The notes under the pieces are model-generated. The model saw only the letters and a list, made by a program, of their open reading frames with translations, was not told where the DNA came from and made no database searches. From Octopus sinensis (taxonomy: Eukaryota): a DNA stretch of 64,000 nt. The translations under genes were made by a program, and so were the position numbers. Below, in pieces: positions 23,507 to 34,544 of this stretch. Numbering within the stretch: the stretch's first letter is position 1; each line of letters opens with the position of its first letter. The stretch is taken from contig NC_043014.1 in NCBI RefSeq assembly GCF_006345805.1, forward strand, positions 806,001 through 870,000, in the 5' to 3' direction.

Positions 23507-23935
23507 TCTGCCGTGAGAAAGTGTTATTCTGCACTCTGCCAAGATGTGTGCCAGAGGGCCCCTTTCTCCACAAAGTCTACACAGCTGGTCTTCCCTCAAA
23601 CCCGATCTGTGCAAGTTTGTTGGTGTTGGGAATGTGTCATACACCCCCACCCCCCAGCCGGAAGAAGTGAAAAGGTTCTAGCCTCCACAGGTCAGTCAAT
23701 GCACCCTGAGATACCAACTCCACAACTCTTGATTTCCTTTTATCCTCCTCCTGGGACCACAACACTTCCTGGGCCATGGCCCACCTCTCCCTGGTGTCTG
23801 CTTTCTTCCATTGTTGGAAACAGGAAGACCCAAGACCCTAGTGACCCTTGCTCCAGTGATGTCGCATAGCTCAAGCATCCCTTCAGCCTGAGTGCTAGCT
23901 ACCCACTTTCGCCCACACCTTGTGGTCATACCTGC
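23507..23935 (-). mobile_element. RLE-type non-LTR retrotransposon fragment (HERO/NeSL-like), zinc-knuckle region
   Basis: Minus strand gives KGH*GLGSSCFQQWKKADTRER.. and DLWRLEPF..VYDTFPTPTNLHRSGLREDQLCRLCGERGPLAHILAECRITLSHGR, i.e. a CxxC..H...C knuckle with the YD.LP.P.NL motif. Confidence 0.7.
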
Positions 23936-24247
23936 ATGTCTGACAAGCTCATCCTTAGAGTCTCTCTACATCATTACATTACATTTTGCTACTTTAAATT
24001 CCTCCACCACAGATGACAGGGGAAATTGTAACTGTCCTTATCTTGGCCTATTCAAGTGAGGCTTGGGGGAATACCTTGCCATCTTTGGAGGCATTTATCT
24101 TCCTCTTCACCATTTCCATGCTTGTCATTGGAACATTGTAGAGCGTTAACAACCATAGGAGTCTTGGTAGAGTTGTTGTCCGTGTTGGTAGCGCCAACAT
24201 ACATCATATAGACATATGATGCTTCATATGTGTGTGTATATATATAT

Positions 24248-24433
24248 GCCGGTGGCATATAAAAGCACCCACTACACTCTTGGAGTGGTTGGTGTTGGGA
24301 AGGGCATCCAGCTGTAGAAACCTTGCCAGATGAGATTGGAGCCTGGTGCAGCCACTGGCTCTCCAGACTTCAGTCAAACCGTCCAACCCATGCCAGCATG
24401 GAAAAACGGACGTTAAACAATGATGATGATGAT
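24248..24433 (+). mobile_element. RTE 3' tail fragment
   Basis: GGTGGCATATAAAAGCACCCACTACACTC..CCATGCCAGCATGGAAAAACGGACGTTAAAC(AATGAT)n. Confidence 0.88.
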
Positions 24434-24440
24434 ATGTATC

Positions 24441-25204
<764 letters not shown>

Positions 25205-25255
25205 ATATATGTATATTATACACACACACACATATATATATTTATACGTATATAT

Positions 25256-25730
25256 GTGAAGGCATGTGACCTGGTAGTTAGGCTGTTGCACTTATGATTG
25301 CTAGATTGTGGGTTCAATTCCCAGACGAGGCAGCACATTGTTCTCAAGCAAAACACTTCATTTCACATTGCTCCAGTCCCCCTTTCAATCAGGGAGGAAT
25401 GTTGGCCTGCTTGCCTAACTAGTAGCCTGGTGTCACTTGAAGGCTGAAACACTGCAAAGCGCATTGTGACTGGCGATGTGTAACAATATCTGATAGTCTA
25501 GTCCAGTGCTTTTCAAACTTTTTGCTGGAGCGGAACCTCAAGGAAACATTCCACTGGCTCGGGGAACCCCTGTGCAATAATTTAATTGTCTTATGCACAC
25601 ATATCTGCACAGGAGACTTAAAAATTACTGCTGATTTTAGCAGTTTTGTAACTTCTTGCGGAACCCCTGGACTGTACTGGCGGAACCCTGGTTGAAAACC
25701 ACTGGTCTAGTCAGTCATGTAACCATGTGA
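25256..25730 (+). mobile_element. tRNA-headed SINE, family D (tail type 2), interrupted by a hAT MITE
   Basis: Degenerate tRNA-like head (GGTTCAATTCCC) and tail GAAGGCTGAAAC..GCGCATTGTGAC..GATGTGTAACAA.ATCTGATAG shared with 57930-58050. Confidence 0.65.
25504..25704. mobile_element. hAT (Charlie-like) MITE, 201 bp
   Basis: TIRs CAGTGCTTTTCAA / TTGAAAACCACTG; perfect 8-bp TSD GTCTAGTC (25496-25503, 25705-25712) with central TA. Confidence 0.93.
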
Positions 25731-26065
25731 CAAACCAGCAGTAACTTCACTCATAACCTAAACATCTTATTTTGCATGTCTCTCTCTCTCTCACTGGTTT
25801 TTCAGATGTCTGAGATCCATCCATGTATCTGTAAATCCAGATCTAGTGCTCTATGAACAATGTCTAAACTAACAATTGACCTCAGTCTTACTAATATAAT
25901 TAATAGATAAATGTGTTCCCATCTTAATGTTGTGATGTGTCTAAGTTCCACTTTGCTCTACTTTCATAATCAAACTGCAATTACATAAAAGGTAGCTCAC
26001 TATCTATGTCAATTATATATTTTGCTTTCAAGTACCTTGTTTCAGAGCAGTGTATATGATAATAT

Positions 26066-26790
26066 CAGGGCCGGATTAAAACCCATTGAGGCCCTAAGCA
26101 CTTAAAAAGGTTTTGCTGTCCATATATATGTGTAATTCTAGGTGGCGAGCTGGCAGAAGCGTTAGCACGCCGGGCGAAATGCGTAGCCGTATTTCGTCTG
26201 CCGTTACGTTCTGAGTTCAAATTCCGCCGAGGTCGACTTTACCTTTCATCCTTTCAGGGTCGATAAATTAAGTACCAGTTACGCACTGGTGTCGATGTAA
26301 CCGACTTAATACCTATGTCTGTCCTTGTTTGTCCCCTCTATGTTTAGCTCCTTGTGGGTAATAAAGAAACATATATATGTAACTCCAAATACAAACAAAT
26401 AATAAGCCTTAAAATAAATTTTTCTTCTCCAAAAAAGAAGCAAAACTCACAGTAAGTTGTAAAATAATTTTCATATACTTCCACTTTATTTATATTTAGA
26501 AAGTTTAATCCAACGTTTTTTTAATTGCAAAGTCTGATCAAATCCTCAAAATTAGTCTTGCGTAACATATCTGCAACCATACTTTGTAAGAGACAAGGCG
26601 TCCAACTTGCCTTTTTGTTGCTTTGTGGTTTTAATGGCAGTTTTAATACATTTCAACTGAGAAAATCAAAGCTCAGCTGAGCAATTTGTGACTGTTAATG
26701 TTAGAAATCTACAAAAGGTAATGTCTGCATTTGGAAAGGCACAGAAAGTGATTTCTTTTGTGCTGTAAACCATTTCTCATTTCTGTGGTA
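26066..26790 (-). mobile_element. hAT transposon 3' remnant (transposase dimerisation domain and terminus), interrupted by SINE B
   Basis: Terminus CAGGGCCGGATT at 26066. Minus strand 26515-26740 translates, with stop and frameshifts, to AFPNADITFCRFLTLTVTNCSAEL*FSQLKCIKT..LDALSL..ADMLRKTNFEDLI.DFAIKK, the hAT C-terminal S.ERSFS.LK motif. Confidence 0.8.
26140..26369 (+). mobile_element. SINE family B
   Basis: Well-preserved copy; flanks CATATATATGTGTAATTC and CATATATATGTAACTC resemble a decayed TSD. Confidence 0.9.
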
Positions 26791-26874
26791 CCCTTCCCTT
26801 CAACACATGTTTAATTTGCTTATTGGTTGATCCAGTGCTAGATTGCAGATAATTGTTCCACAACACAATATCTG

Positions 26875-27400
26875 TTTGTAGTTAGATGTACCACAGGATA
26901 CCCAGTTGCAGTTAGATGTACCACAGGGTACCCAATTACAGTTAGCTATACCAAAACACAGTACCTAGTTGTAGCTAACTGCATGACAACAAGGTACCCA
27001 GTTGCAGCTAGCTGTATCACAAGGTACCTAGCTAAACTATCTGTACTACAATCACCTTGTTGAAGCAACACGTACCACAAAGTACCACAACACAGTACTA
27101 GTTGTACATAGTTATACCACAGCCAAGTACCTAGCTATCTGTACTATTACATAGTATTTCGATGTTCCACAGGGTACCTCGTTGCAGCTAGCTGTACCAA
27201 ATAAAGTATCTAGTAGCATGTAGTAGTACCATTACATAGTACATAGTTGCAACTAGGTACCTAGTTACAGTCAGCTGTACCAAACCAGGGTACCCAATTA
27301 CAGCTGACTGTACCAAATGTGGCTACCCATCTGTACTACAACACAACACCTAGTTAAGGTAGCTGTACCATAACATGGTACTTAAGTATTGATAGCTATA
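26875..27400. repeat. Degenerate ~30-bp minisatellite
   Basis: First units GTTAGATGTACCACAGGATACCCAGTTGCA at exact 30-bp spacing, then degenerate variants. Confidence 0.85.
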
Positions 27401-29256
27401 TGACAGAATGCGCAGACTCATTAGAGCATAGACTGAAGTGATTTGAAGAATTGTATTCCAGCTCTTGTGCAGTTTTGAGTTCAAATTCTGCTGAGGTCAA
27501 CCTTGTCTTTCACCTTTCTGAGATGTTAAAATAAAACACCAGTCCAAGCAGAATCGTTGGAGTGTTAAATGAGTCGCCTTGCAGACTTTGTTCCAGCCAT
27601 TTGTATTGTAAGTTCTTGAGGGAGTAGACGCAAATAGGCCATCCTATTTAACACTGCCACCTGGTCGCTGGGTGTCTTAATCGAGGTCTGTTCTGCTGCT
27701 AGCATTCACTGTTAGGGCTCTGGTTTGAGGCTAGCTTCCTCCCTTCCTCCCATTAATCTCAAAGGCCTGAAACATGTCTCCTGGGTGCTACCCCCCTCTC
27801 CCTCACTAAACAGTCAAAAATGAAAATACGGTTATGCCGTTGCGGCTGAGACAAACGTTCAACGCGAACCTCTACGGAGTCGTTTGACCTGCTACACGTA
27901 GCAGCCAAATGTCAGGAATCTCGACCCCCCCCCCTCCCATTTCACGCGACAACGCCTTAAAAAACACGAAAGATACGTTGAATAAACGACTGCTGTGCGT
28001 TTTGATTATAGGTGTCCTTGTCCTGGGATTAAACAAGTCTTCACTTAATTACACCTTTCCGTTTGAAATAGGCTTTCGACGCCTACAGTCGTCTACAATA
28101 TTATGTTTGCGATACTTTCATCGCCTTTCGTAACTCCAGAGAAGTCTCGGTTCAATGAAGAGGTTTTATAAAGGCGAAACTTGCCCCCTCAGAAAAGTGT
28201 TGGCCTTAATGTTTTCAATAAATATTAATACAAGGTGTGCTGACATTTTCTCGTCGCCACATAATTATTTTTAATCAGGTATTAATTTATTTGAAAAGAA
28301 ACCCACACGGGGCTAAAATATTGTCAGATTAAGGAATGCAGTCGTTTTAGAACATCTCTGGTATATTTATTTGTTGGTAGAGCTGCCCTCGGTTGGATGT
28401 AAAACGATTTGTCGATCCCGGCGTGGTTTGAACTCAAACCGTAGACAAACATCCAATCCTGTATGTTAACCTCTGAGCTACACAGACAATCAGTCACTGA
28501 GCGATATCCTGAGAGGGAGGGAGAGAGAGAGAGAGAGAGTAAGTGACTATGTTAGTAAATGTGGTGGTGGTTAGTGGTGTATAGTGAGTCTTCTGCTGCT
28601 CCAGCCATTTATCTCTCTTTCTCTCTCTCCTCTGATACATTTTGGATTACTCTGTCACCCTGTCCTCCTGTGACAGAGCATTTTCTTCTGTAAGTATCGC
28701 CTTGCTTCAATTATTCCATTACCTTGACTCTGCCCTTGTTGTTGGGTGAAGCATATACTTCACAACATCTCGTCTTCCGTCCTTCTTTGCAAGATCTAAT
28801 CGCTCCATGCCCAAATAAGAAATGTTATTCCTCTTTTATCTACACACACACGTCTCTACGTATTGATGGCTGGTGTTGTAATACCGAGGTAGTTTGACGT
28901 CGGCGAAGCGTGTCTGGTTTAGTTTCGATTCCCGGTTGGAACCGCTTCGGTCTCGGGTCCTTTGCCTAAAACACACATGTCGCTCGCAAATTTCCAATTA
29001 TTTCAGCCTATAAATCCGACCATTGAAATTGTATGTATACCAGCTTAACTGTTAATATGTGTGAGTCTGTGTGTGTGTGATACAAGTCTATCCGTCATCT
29101 GTGTGTGTATAAAAGAGACAAGTGTGCATTCATCTTTTATGTGTGTGTATATCCGTCATCTATATTGTGGTGAGTGTATATATGTATGGGTTTCGAAAAG
29201 ACCCCCAGTATTTCTCTCTTCCGGTCAGTGTTGGTCGTGCTTTTATTTTTGGTGCC

Positions 29257-29289
29257 TACCCGACCCCTGGCTGTCGTCCACACTCTCCT

Positions 29290-29342
<53 letters not shown>

Positions 29343-29370
29343 AGAGTGTGGACGACAGCCAGGGGTCGGG

Positions 29371-29372
<2 letters not shown>
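29257..29372. repeat. Perfect 34-bp inverted repeat around a (GT)/(AT)n spacer
   Basis: TACCCGACCCCTGGCTGTCGTCCACACTCTCCTT (29257-29290) is the exact reverse complement of 29339-29372. Confidence 0.97.
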
Positions 29373-29405
<33 letters not shown>

Positions 29406-29536
29406 CTATACACACACACACAAACAAATCTGTAAGGTGAATATATAACTTAGTTACACACACTCATGTGTTATGTGCGCGCGTGTATATATATATATAT
29501 ATATACATGCCTTCGCACATACACACAATCATTCGC

Positions 29537-29742
29537 TGTTTAGCCCCAGGCCATCCTTCTGATCATGCAGTTACATGATCAAAGACATTTCAGCCATGAC
29601 CCTCTCGTCTTTTTAAAGTCTCTATCAGTACAATATCTGGTGTGTCCTTTTCTTTCTCTAATACCGTGGGTTTGGGAAAGGGTGGTTTTTGGCTGCTATT
29701 TCTAGTAGGTCGAGCGACCGCGTACAGGATTCCTCGTTGGCT
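29537..29742 (+). repeat. Interspersed repeat family F (best-preserved copy)
   Basis: TGTTTAGCCCCAGG..GATCAAAGACATTTCAGCCATGACC..TTGGCTGCTATTTCTAGTAGGTCGAGCGACC..CTCGTTGGCT; fragments recur at ~3400, 6130, 6570-6850, 7010, 45220-45420, 48150 and 63220. Confidence 0.6.
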
Positions 29743-29789
29743 TTCGTTTAAAACAGATATATATGTAATCTACACACCGATGTGTGTGT

Positions 29790-30014
29790 GTGTACAAGCG
29801 ATGTTCACGCATACAGGCACATGTATGAACACACGCACACACACAGATAATTCACTCCGATACCTAGCCATATACATTTCCATACACTTCTCTCTCTCTC
29901 TCTCTCTCTCTCATACACACACACATCACATACGTGGCCTACACAACATATTACATACATACATGCATCCCCTTATACATATTCACGGCGGTGACACTCC
30001 TCATCCTTCCTGAT

Positions 30015-30054
<40 letters not shown>

Positions 30055-31050
30055 TCACACTCTCTCTCTCTCCAACAAACACTTCCCCAGTGAGGGCCAC
30101 CACTTGCACTTTGGATGCAACTCTACACAGTTTACGATGCACTCCACATTGTGCAGCATGAGGACAACTTTGTCACATTGCTGCTATTTCTTCAACAACT
30201 ACATTTATATACACTTTCGTCCTATTTATTGCACTCCTCTGGCCCTGAATGGGTGTATGTATATATATATATATGGGTGGTGGTGCATGGATGGGTGTAT
30301 ATATGTGTATATATGTGTAACATTGTCTCTATGTATGTTGCATCTCTGTCCTTGTGTGTTTGGATGGGTGTGTATATGCGTTTATTTCTCTGTGTGAAGA
30401 AATGTATTTGAATGTATAAACGTGTGTGTGTGTGTTGCTGTGTAACATTGTCTATGTGTGTGTGTGTAGTGCATCTGTCCCTGAGTGCGCGCGCCTACGA
30501 ATGGGTATATATCTGTGGTGATGGGTGTATTTGTGTGTATATGTATGTCGCTGTATACCTCTGTCTATATGTGTGTGTGTGTGTGTATGCATTTCCCTCT
30601 CTGTCTGACTGTATTTTTTTATTTGTATTACTAATGTGTGTGTGTACCTCTGTCCGTCTCCTGTCTTCCTTTGTCTGTCTGTCTGCCTGCTCTCCTATCT
30701 GACCTCCTCCTCTCGCTCTCTCTCTTTATCTCTTCCCCTCTCCCTCTCTTACACAAATATACTGTCACTATTCTCTCTCTCTCTCTCTCTCTATCACACT
30801 CTCTGTCGGTCTGTTTGTCTGACCACCCTCTTTCTTACTCTGTCTTTCTCTCTTCCTTCTCTCTCTCTCTCTCTCTCTCTCCCTCATCACGTAAAACCCG
30901 ATCGCCTCTCGTAGAACTGTTCTTCAAAGAAAGAAAAGAAATCACCATTCCATTACTCACCTGGCCCTTTTCACACACACACGTTATATAATTAAACTAT
31001 TTCTCTTTATTTTCTTCATCATTAACGTCTCCCCCCCTCTCTCTCTCTTT
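29790..31050. repeat. Mixed CA/CT/TG/TCTG low-complexity region
   Basis: Direct reading. Confidence 0.8.
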
Positions 31051-32359
31051 GTCGTTATTTCAGTAAAACTTCACCTACAAATATTTAAAAAAGTCAGCAA
31101 ATTAGGGGCGGAGATGGCAGGAACCACCAAAGACCATCAACCAGGAGACTTTAACTTAACAACACCCGATTCCTTTATACTCTTTGGTGGACCTGTACCA
31201 TTTGACCCCCATCGTTGACCTTTTCTGTTCTTTTAATTTTCGTGTTCACTGTTTTGTCTTTTGAGGTTTGTCTTGTCCATAAAATATAAGGTTTTGTTTT
31301 TTCAGGATATCGGATTTGAGGGACGATGGGTGGGGTGAATGTAAGATAAAAGCAGACAAAATACGTATTTGTGAAACAATACGATAAGCCATATATTGTT
31401 TGTCTTCTTTTAATGTGTACATAGGAATATACGCACGGGCCTATACATATACACACACATTCACGCATACACATACATACATCACTTACTTTCTCGTACA
31501 CATATTCCCTTACACACTCTCGTACACACATACCCTTCTCTTTCCCCTCATATACATACCCGCTGTCAATTGCACACTCACTTATACACACATTACTACA
31601 TGAATATTCGTTCTTATACACACTTTCACTCATATATACACATACACATTCACACTCTTCTACGCACGTGTAAGAAGTTGAAACATTCCTTCAAGTTTTA
31701 TAAACCCTCTCGTCCGACCCACGTAATTAAAGAGGACTCTCACTCTCTCTCTACCCACAGTGGACCCATGGGGACTACACTTGTCCCTTCAGTCTAAATT
31801 TTATTTTCTTCCTTTTACTTTCACATATTTTAACGTTACTTCATCACTTGTAATATTATTAATATTCATGAGTTCAGTTCTGAGATCGATATTGACTATT
31901 TTAAACCTTTGCTCGTTTTTCTGTCCGTGTATCTATGTTGGAAATTCATGTTTTTCTGACTTTTCGAACCGTTAAGGCGCTATTTAGTTGGCTCCTTGTA
32001 CGTTTTCAGTTCAAATCCTGCCCGAGTCAAGACTCGTTTACATCGTTCCGGGTTCGATAAAATACCACAGCAGTCAAGTACTAAAACAGATCGCATCAAA
32101 CTAGATCCTGTGTGGGCCTCGTGTGTCTGTTATTACCGTCACATTCATTGAGGACTGGCTTTGTGGAGTCGCTTGTATTATTACATTCCTTGCCAATAAC
32201 AATGTCTCATTAAAATACCGTTTGTTATTTAGTATTTTCTCCATTCTTCATTCTTGATTTTCTTACGGTTTACCCACTTGTATCTTGTTGAAGTTGCTTC
32301 TTCAAAATAATTGGTAAACTTTCATATTTTACTATATTTTACTAGACCGATGAATTAAG

Positions 32360-32530
32360 GTAGATTTGGGGCTAAATTTCAACAATTTGGTGGGATATCA
32401 TATTTTATTGGTGGTAGTGAATTTAGTCGATCCTACTATATAACTGGTAGTTATTTTATTGCTGCCAGAATGATGAAAGCTAAAGGCCACCTCAGCAGGA
32501 TTTGAACTCAGAACATAAAACAAAACAATA
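32360..32530 (-). mobile_element. SINE family B, degenerate
   Basis: GATGAAAGCTAAAGGCCACCTCAGCAGGATTTGAACTCAGAAC. Confidence 0.6.
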
Positions 32531-32649
32531 AAAAATTTTGAGTGGATGGTGGTAGTAGTAGTGGTGGTGAAGAGATGTTGTCTTGAAGAATATAGGGGAA
32601 TGATGGAAAATAGTAGCCAGAGCGAAAAAGTGCCTATTCCCTTTCTCAT

Positions 32650-33620
32650 TATCGAAGGTCAGGGCACCATGAACATGTGTTCCATCAATTGCAACCTTTG
32701 ACCAGAGGCTTTCTGCTCCATTCTTTGATGTTGTTCAGCCATCTTCCCCTTCTTCATTTCCCTCTAGGATGGGGGCTAAGGTGCTGAGGTTCTGGGCCCT
32801 GATGACATGTCCAAAATACTGCTCCTTTCTCTTTCTATTGCCATTTCTTCAAATACTGACTTGAATAGGGACTTCATAGAGTAATAAGAAAACTAACGAC
32901 TCCCTCATGTGAAGTGCTCGTTTACTGCTGGAATATTTCACTTGTCTTCTTCTGTTTGTCATTAAGGAATCAGCGAAAAGCATGACTTTGATGGGACACT
33001 TCAGTAAGGGATGCAGATGTGTGTCTGGTGAGATGCTGTTACGACTTGTTTTACTCCTATGTAAACCTTGCAGATGAAGACACTCTGGCATTGAAAGTAG
33101 TTTGTTGTCAGACATGTGTGACACCCATGCTACTATAACGAAGGATCTTCCTCTGTTTGTGATTCCAGTCTCAGATTGGATCCCAGAGACATGATTTTCA
33201 TATGATTTAATGTCAATTAAGGTGACCTTGTGCAGCAGCATCCACATTTAACCTCTTCTTGTTCTTAATTGTGGATCCAGCATGAAGACGGAGGCTAAGC
33301 ACAGGAGTTGCTGAACACTTGGCAGGGTTTGACAAGAAACCCCCTGCAGGGTTCCGTCCTTCATATTTCTGCCAGGGATGTTTCCTTTACGTTTTGCTAA
33401 CATTCACATCACATTGAAAGACTATTTAGCCCTTAATAAGCATTCTGTTGATGGCAATCATGTAACACAAGAGACAGTGTGAGTTTGAATTTGGGGTTTT
33501 CTATTTCCTGAAGAAATATTCCGATTAAAAGTTGGGACCTATCACTCCCAGGGTTCTTATTGTGTATCCATTCCCTACACATCAACACTTGATAACCCTG
33601 TATGAGGTCATCCACTCTTT
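32650..33620 (-). mobile_element. Decayed RTE-clade LINE (RT and C-terminus), distinct family
   Basis: Minus strand gives RKEQYFGHVIRAQNLST..WLNNIKEWS, with degenerate RT motifs upstream. Confidence 0.55.
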
Positions 33621-33774
33621 TTAACAATTTCTTTTTGTCTTTTTACTGGGTCTCTATCAGTTCTTCTTCCCAGGCTTGTCCCATGGAGGGATCTGGTTAT
33701 GTCACACTGTCCATTGGACTACATAATACACAATAACGATAACACTGTTCACTTAAACCAATGTTTTTTTGTGG

Positions 33775-33868
33775 GTGGTTGGCATTAGGAAGGGCATCCA
33801 GCTGTAGAAACTCTGCCAGATCAAGACTGGAGCCTGGTGCAACCATCTGGTTCGCCAGCCCTCAGTCA
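33775..33868 (+). mobile_element. RTE 3' tail fragment (truncated)
   Basis: GGTTGGCATTAGGAAGGGCATCCAGCTGTAGAAACTCTGCCAGATC. Confidence 0.8.
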
Positions 33869-34544
33869 AAAAAAGAGATGACATACATACATATATATAT
33901 AGAGAGAGACAGGCTCCCACAGTTTCTATTTACCAGATTCTCTCCCAAGGCATTGGTCAGCCCAAGGCTATAGTAGAAAGCATTTGGCCAAAGTGCTGCA
34001 TAGAGGGACTGAACCCAAGACCCCTGAGACTGCTTTGATCAAGTTATCCTCAAACCAAAGACCTGTCCATAATACTTTCAGAATGGATTCTGTTAAAGGT
34101 ACCGAAAGGGGGGCTGTTAAATTGAGCCCAAAATTCCTGCCCTCCCCATGTTAAATTTGGGATTTAATGCTTGGAGGTTTTTCTCTGTTTACTTCTGAAC
34201 CCTTTTGTTCCCATATTTCTGTTGAAATAACTTTGTTTAAAATGATTTTCAAGTTAACGAAGAATTTATTGAAATAACTTGGTTATTATTAAGTTGGAGT
34301 TTGGAACATAAATTAACCTGGAATTTTGATGAACGCTTTTAATTTGGATCCCTTTGTATCATAGAACCAAAGTCAAGGTTGTTGGTGTGAAGGGTTTCAT
34401 TGTAAGAATCCCTGTTGAATTTCAGATTTAATGAATAAAGGGAATATATTCTCTATCCACGACAATCATTGTAAATTTAAATGTAAAATTTCTGAGTTTG
34501 AATTTTAGTATTTATTCTGGTTTATTTTTTTCGTTTTTCCAGTG

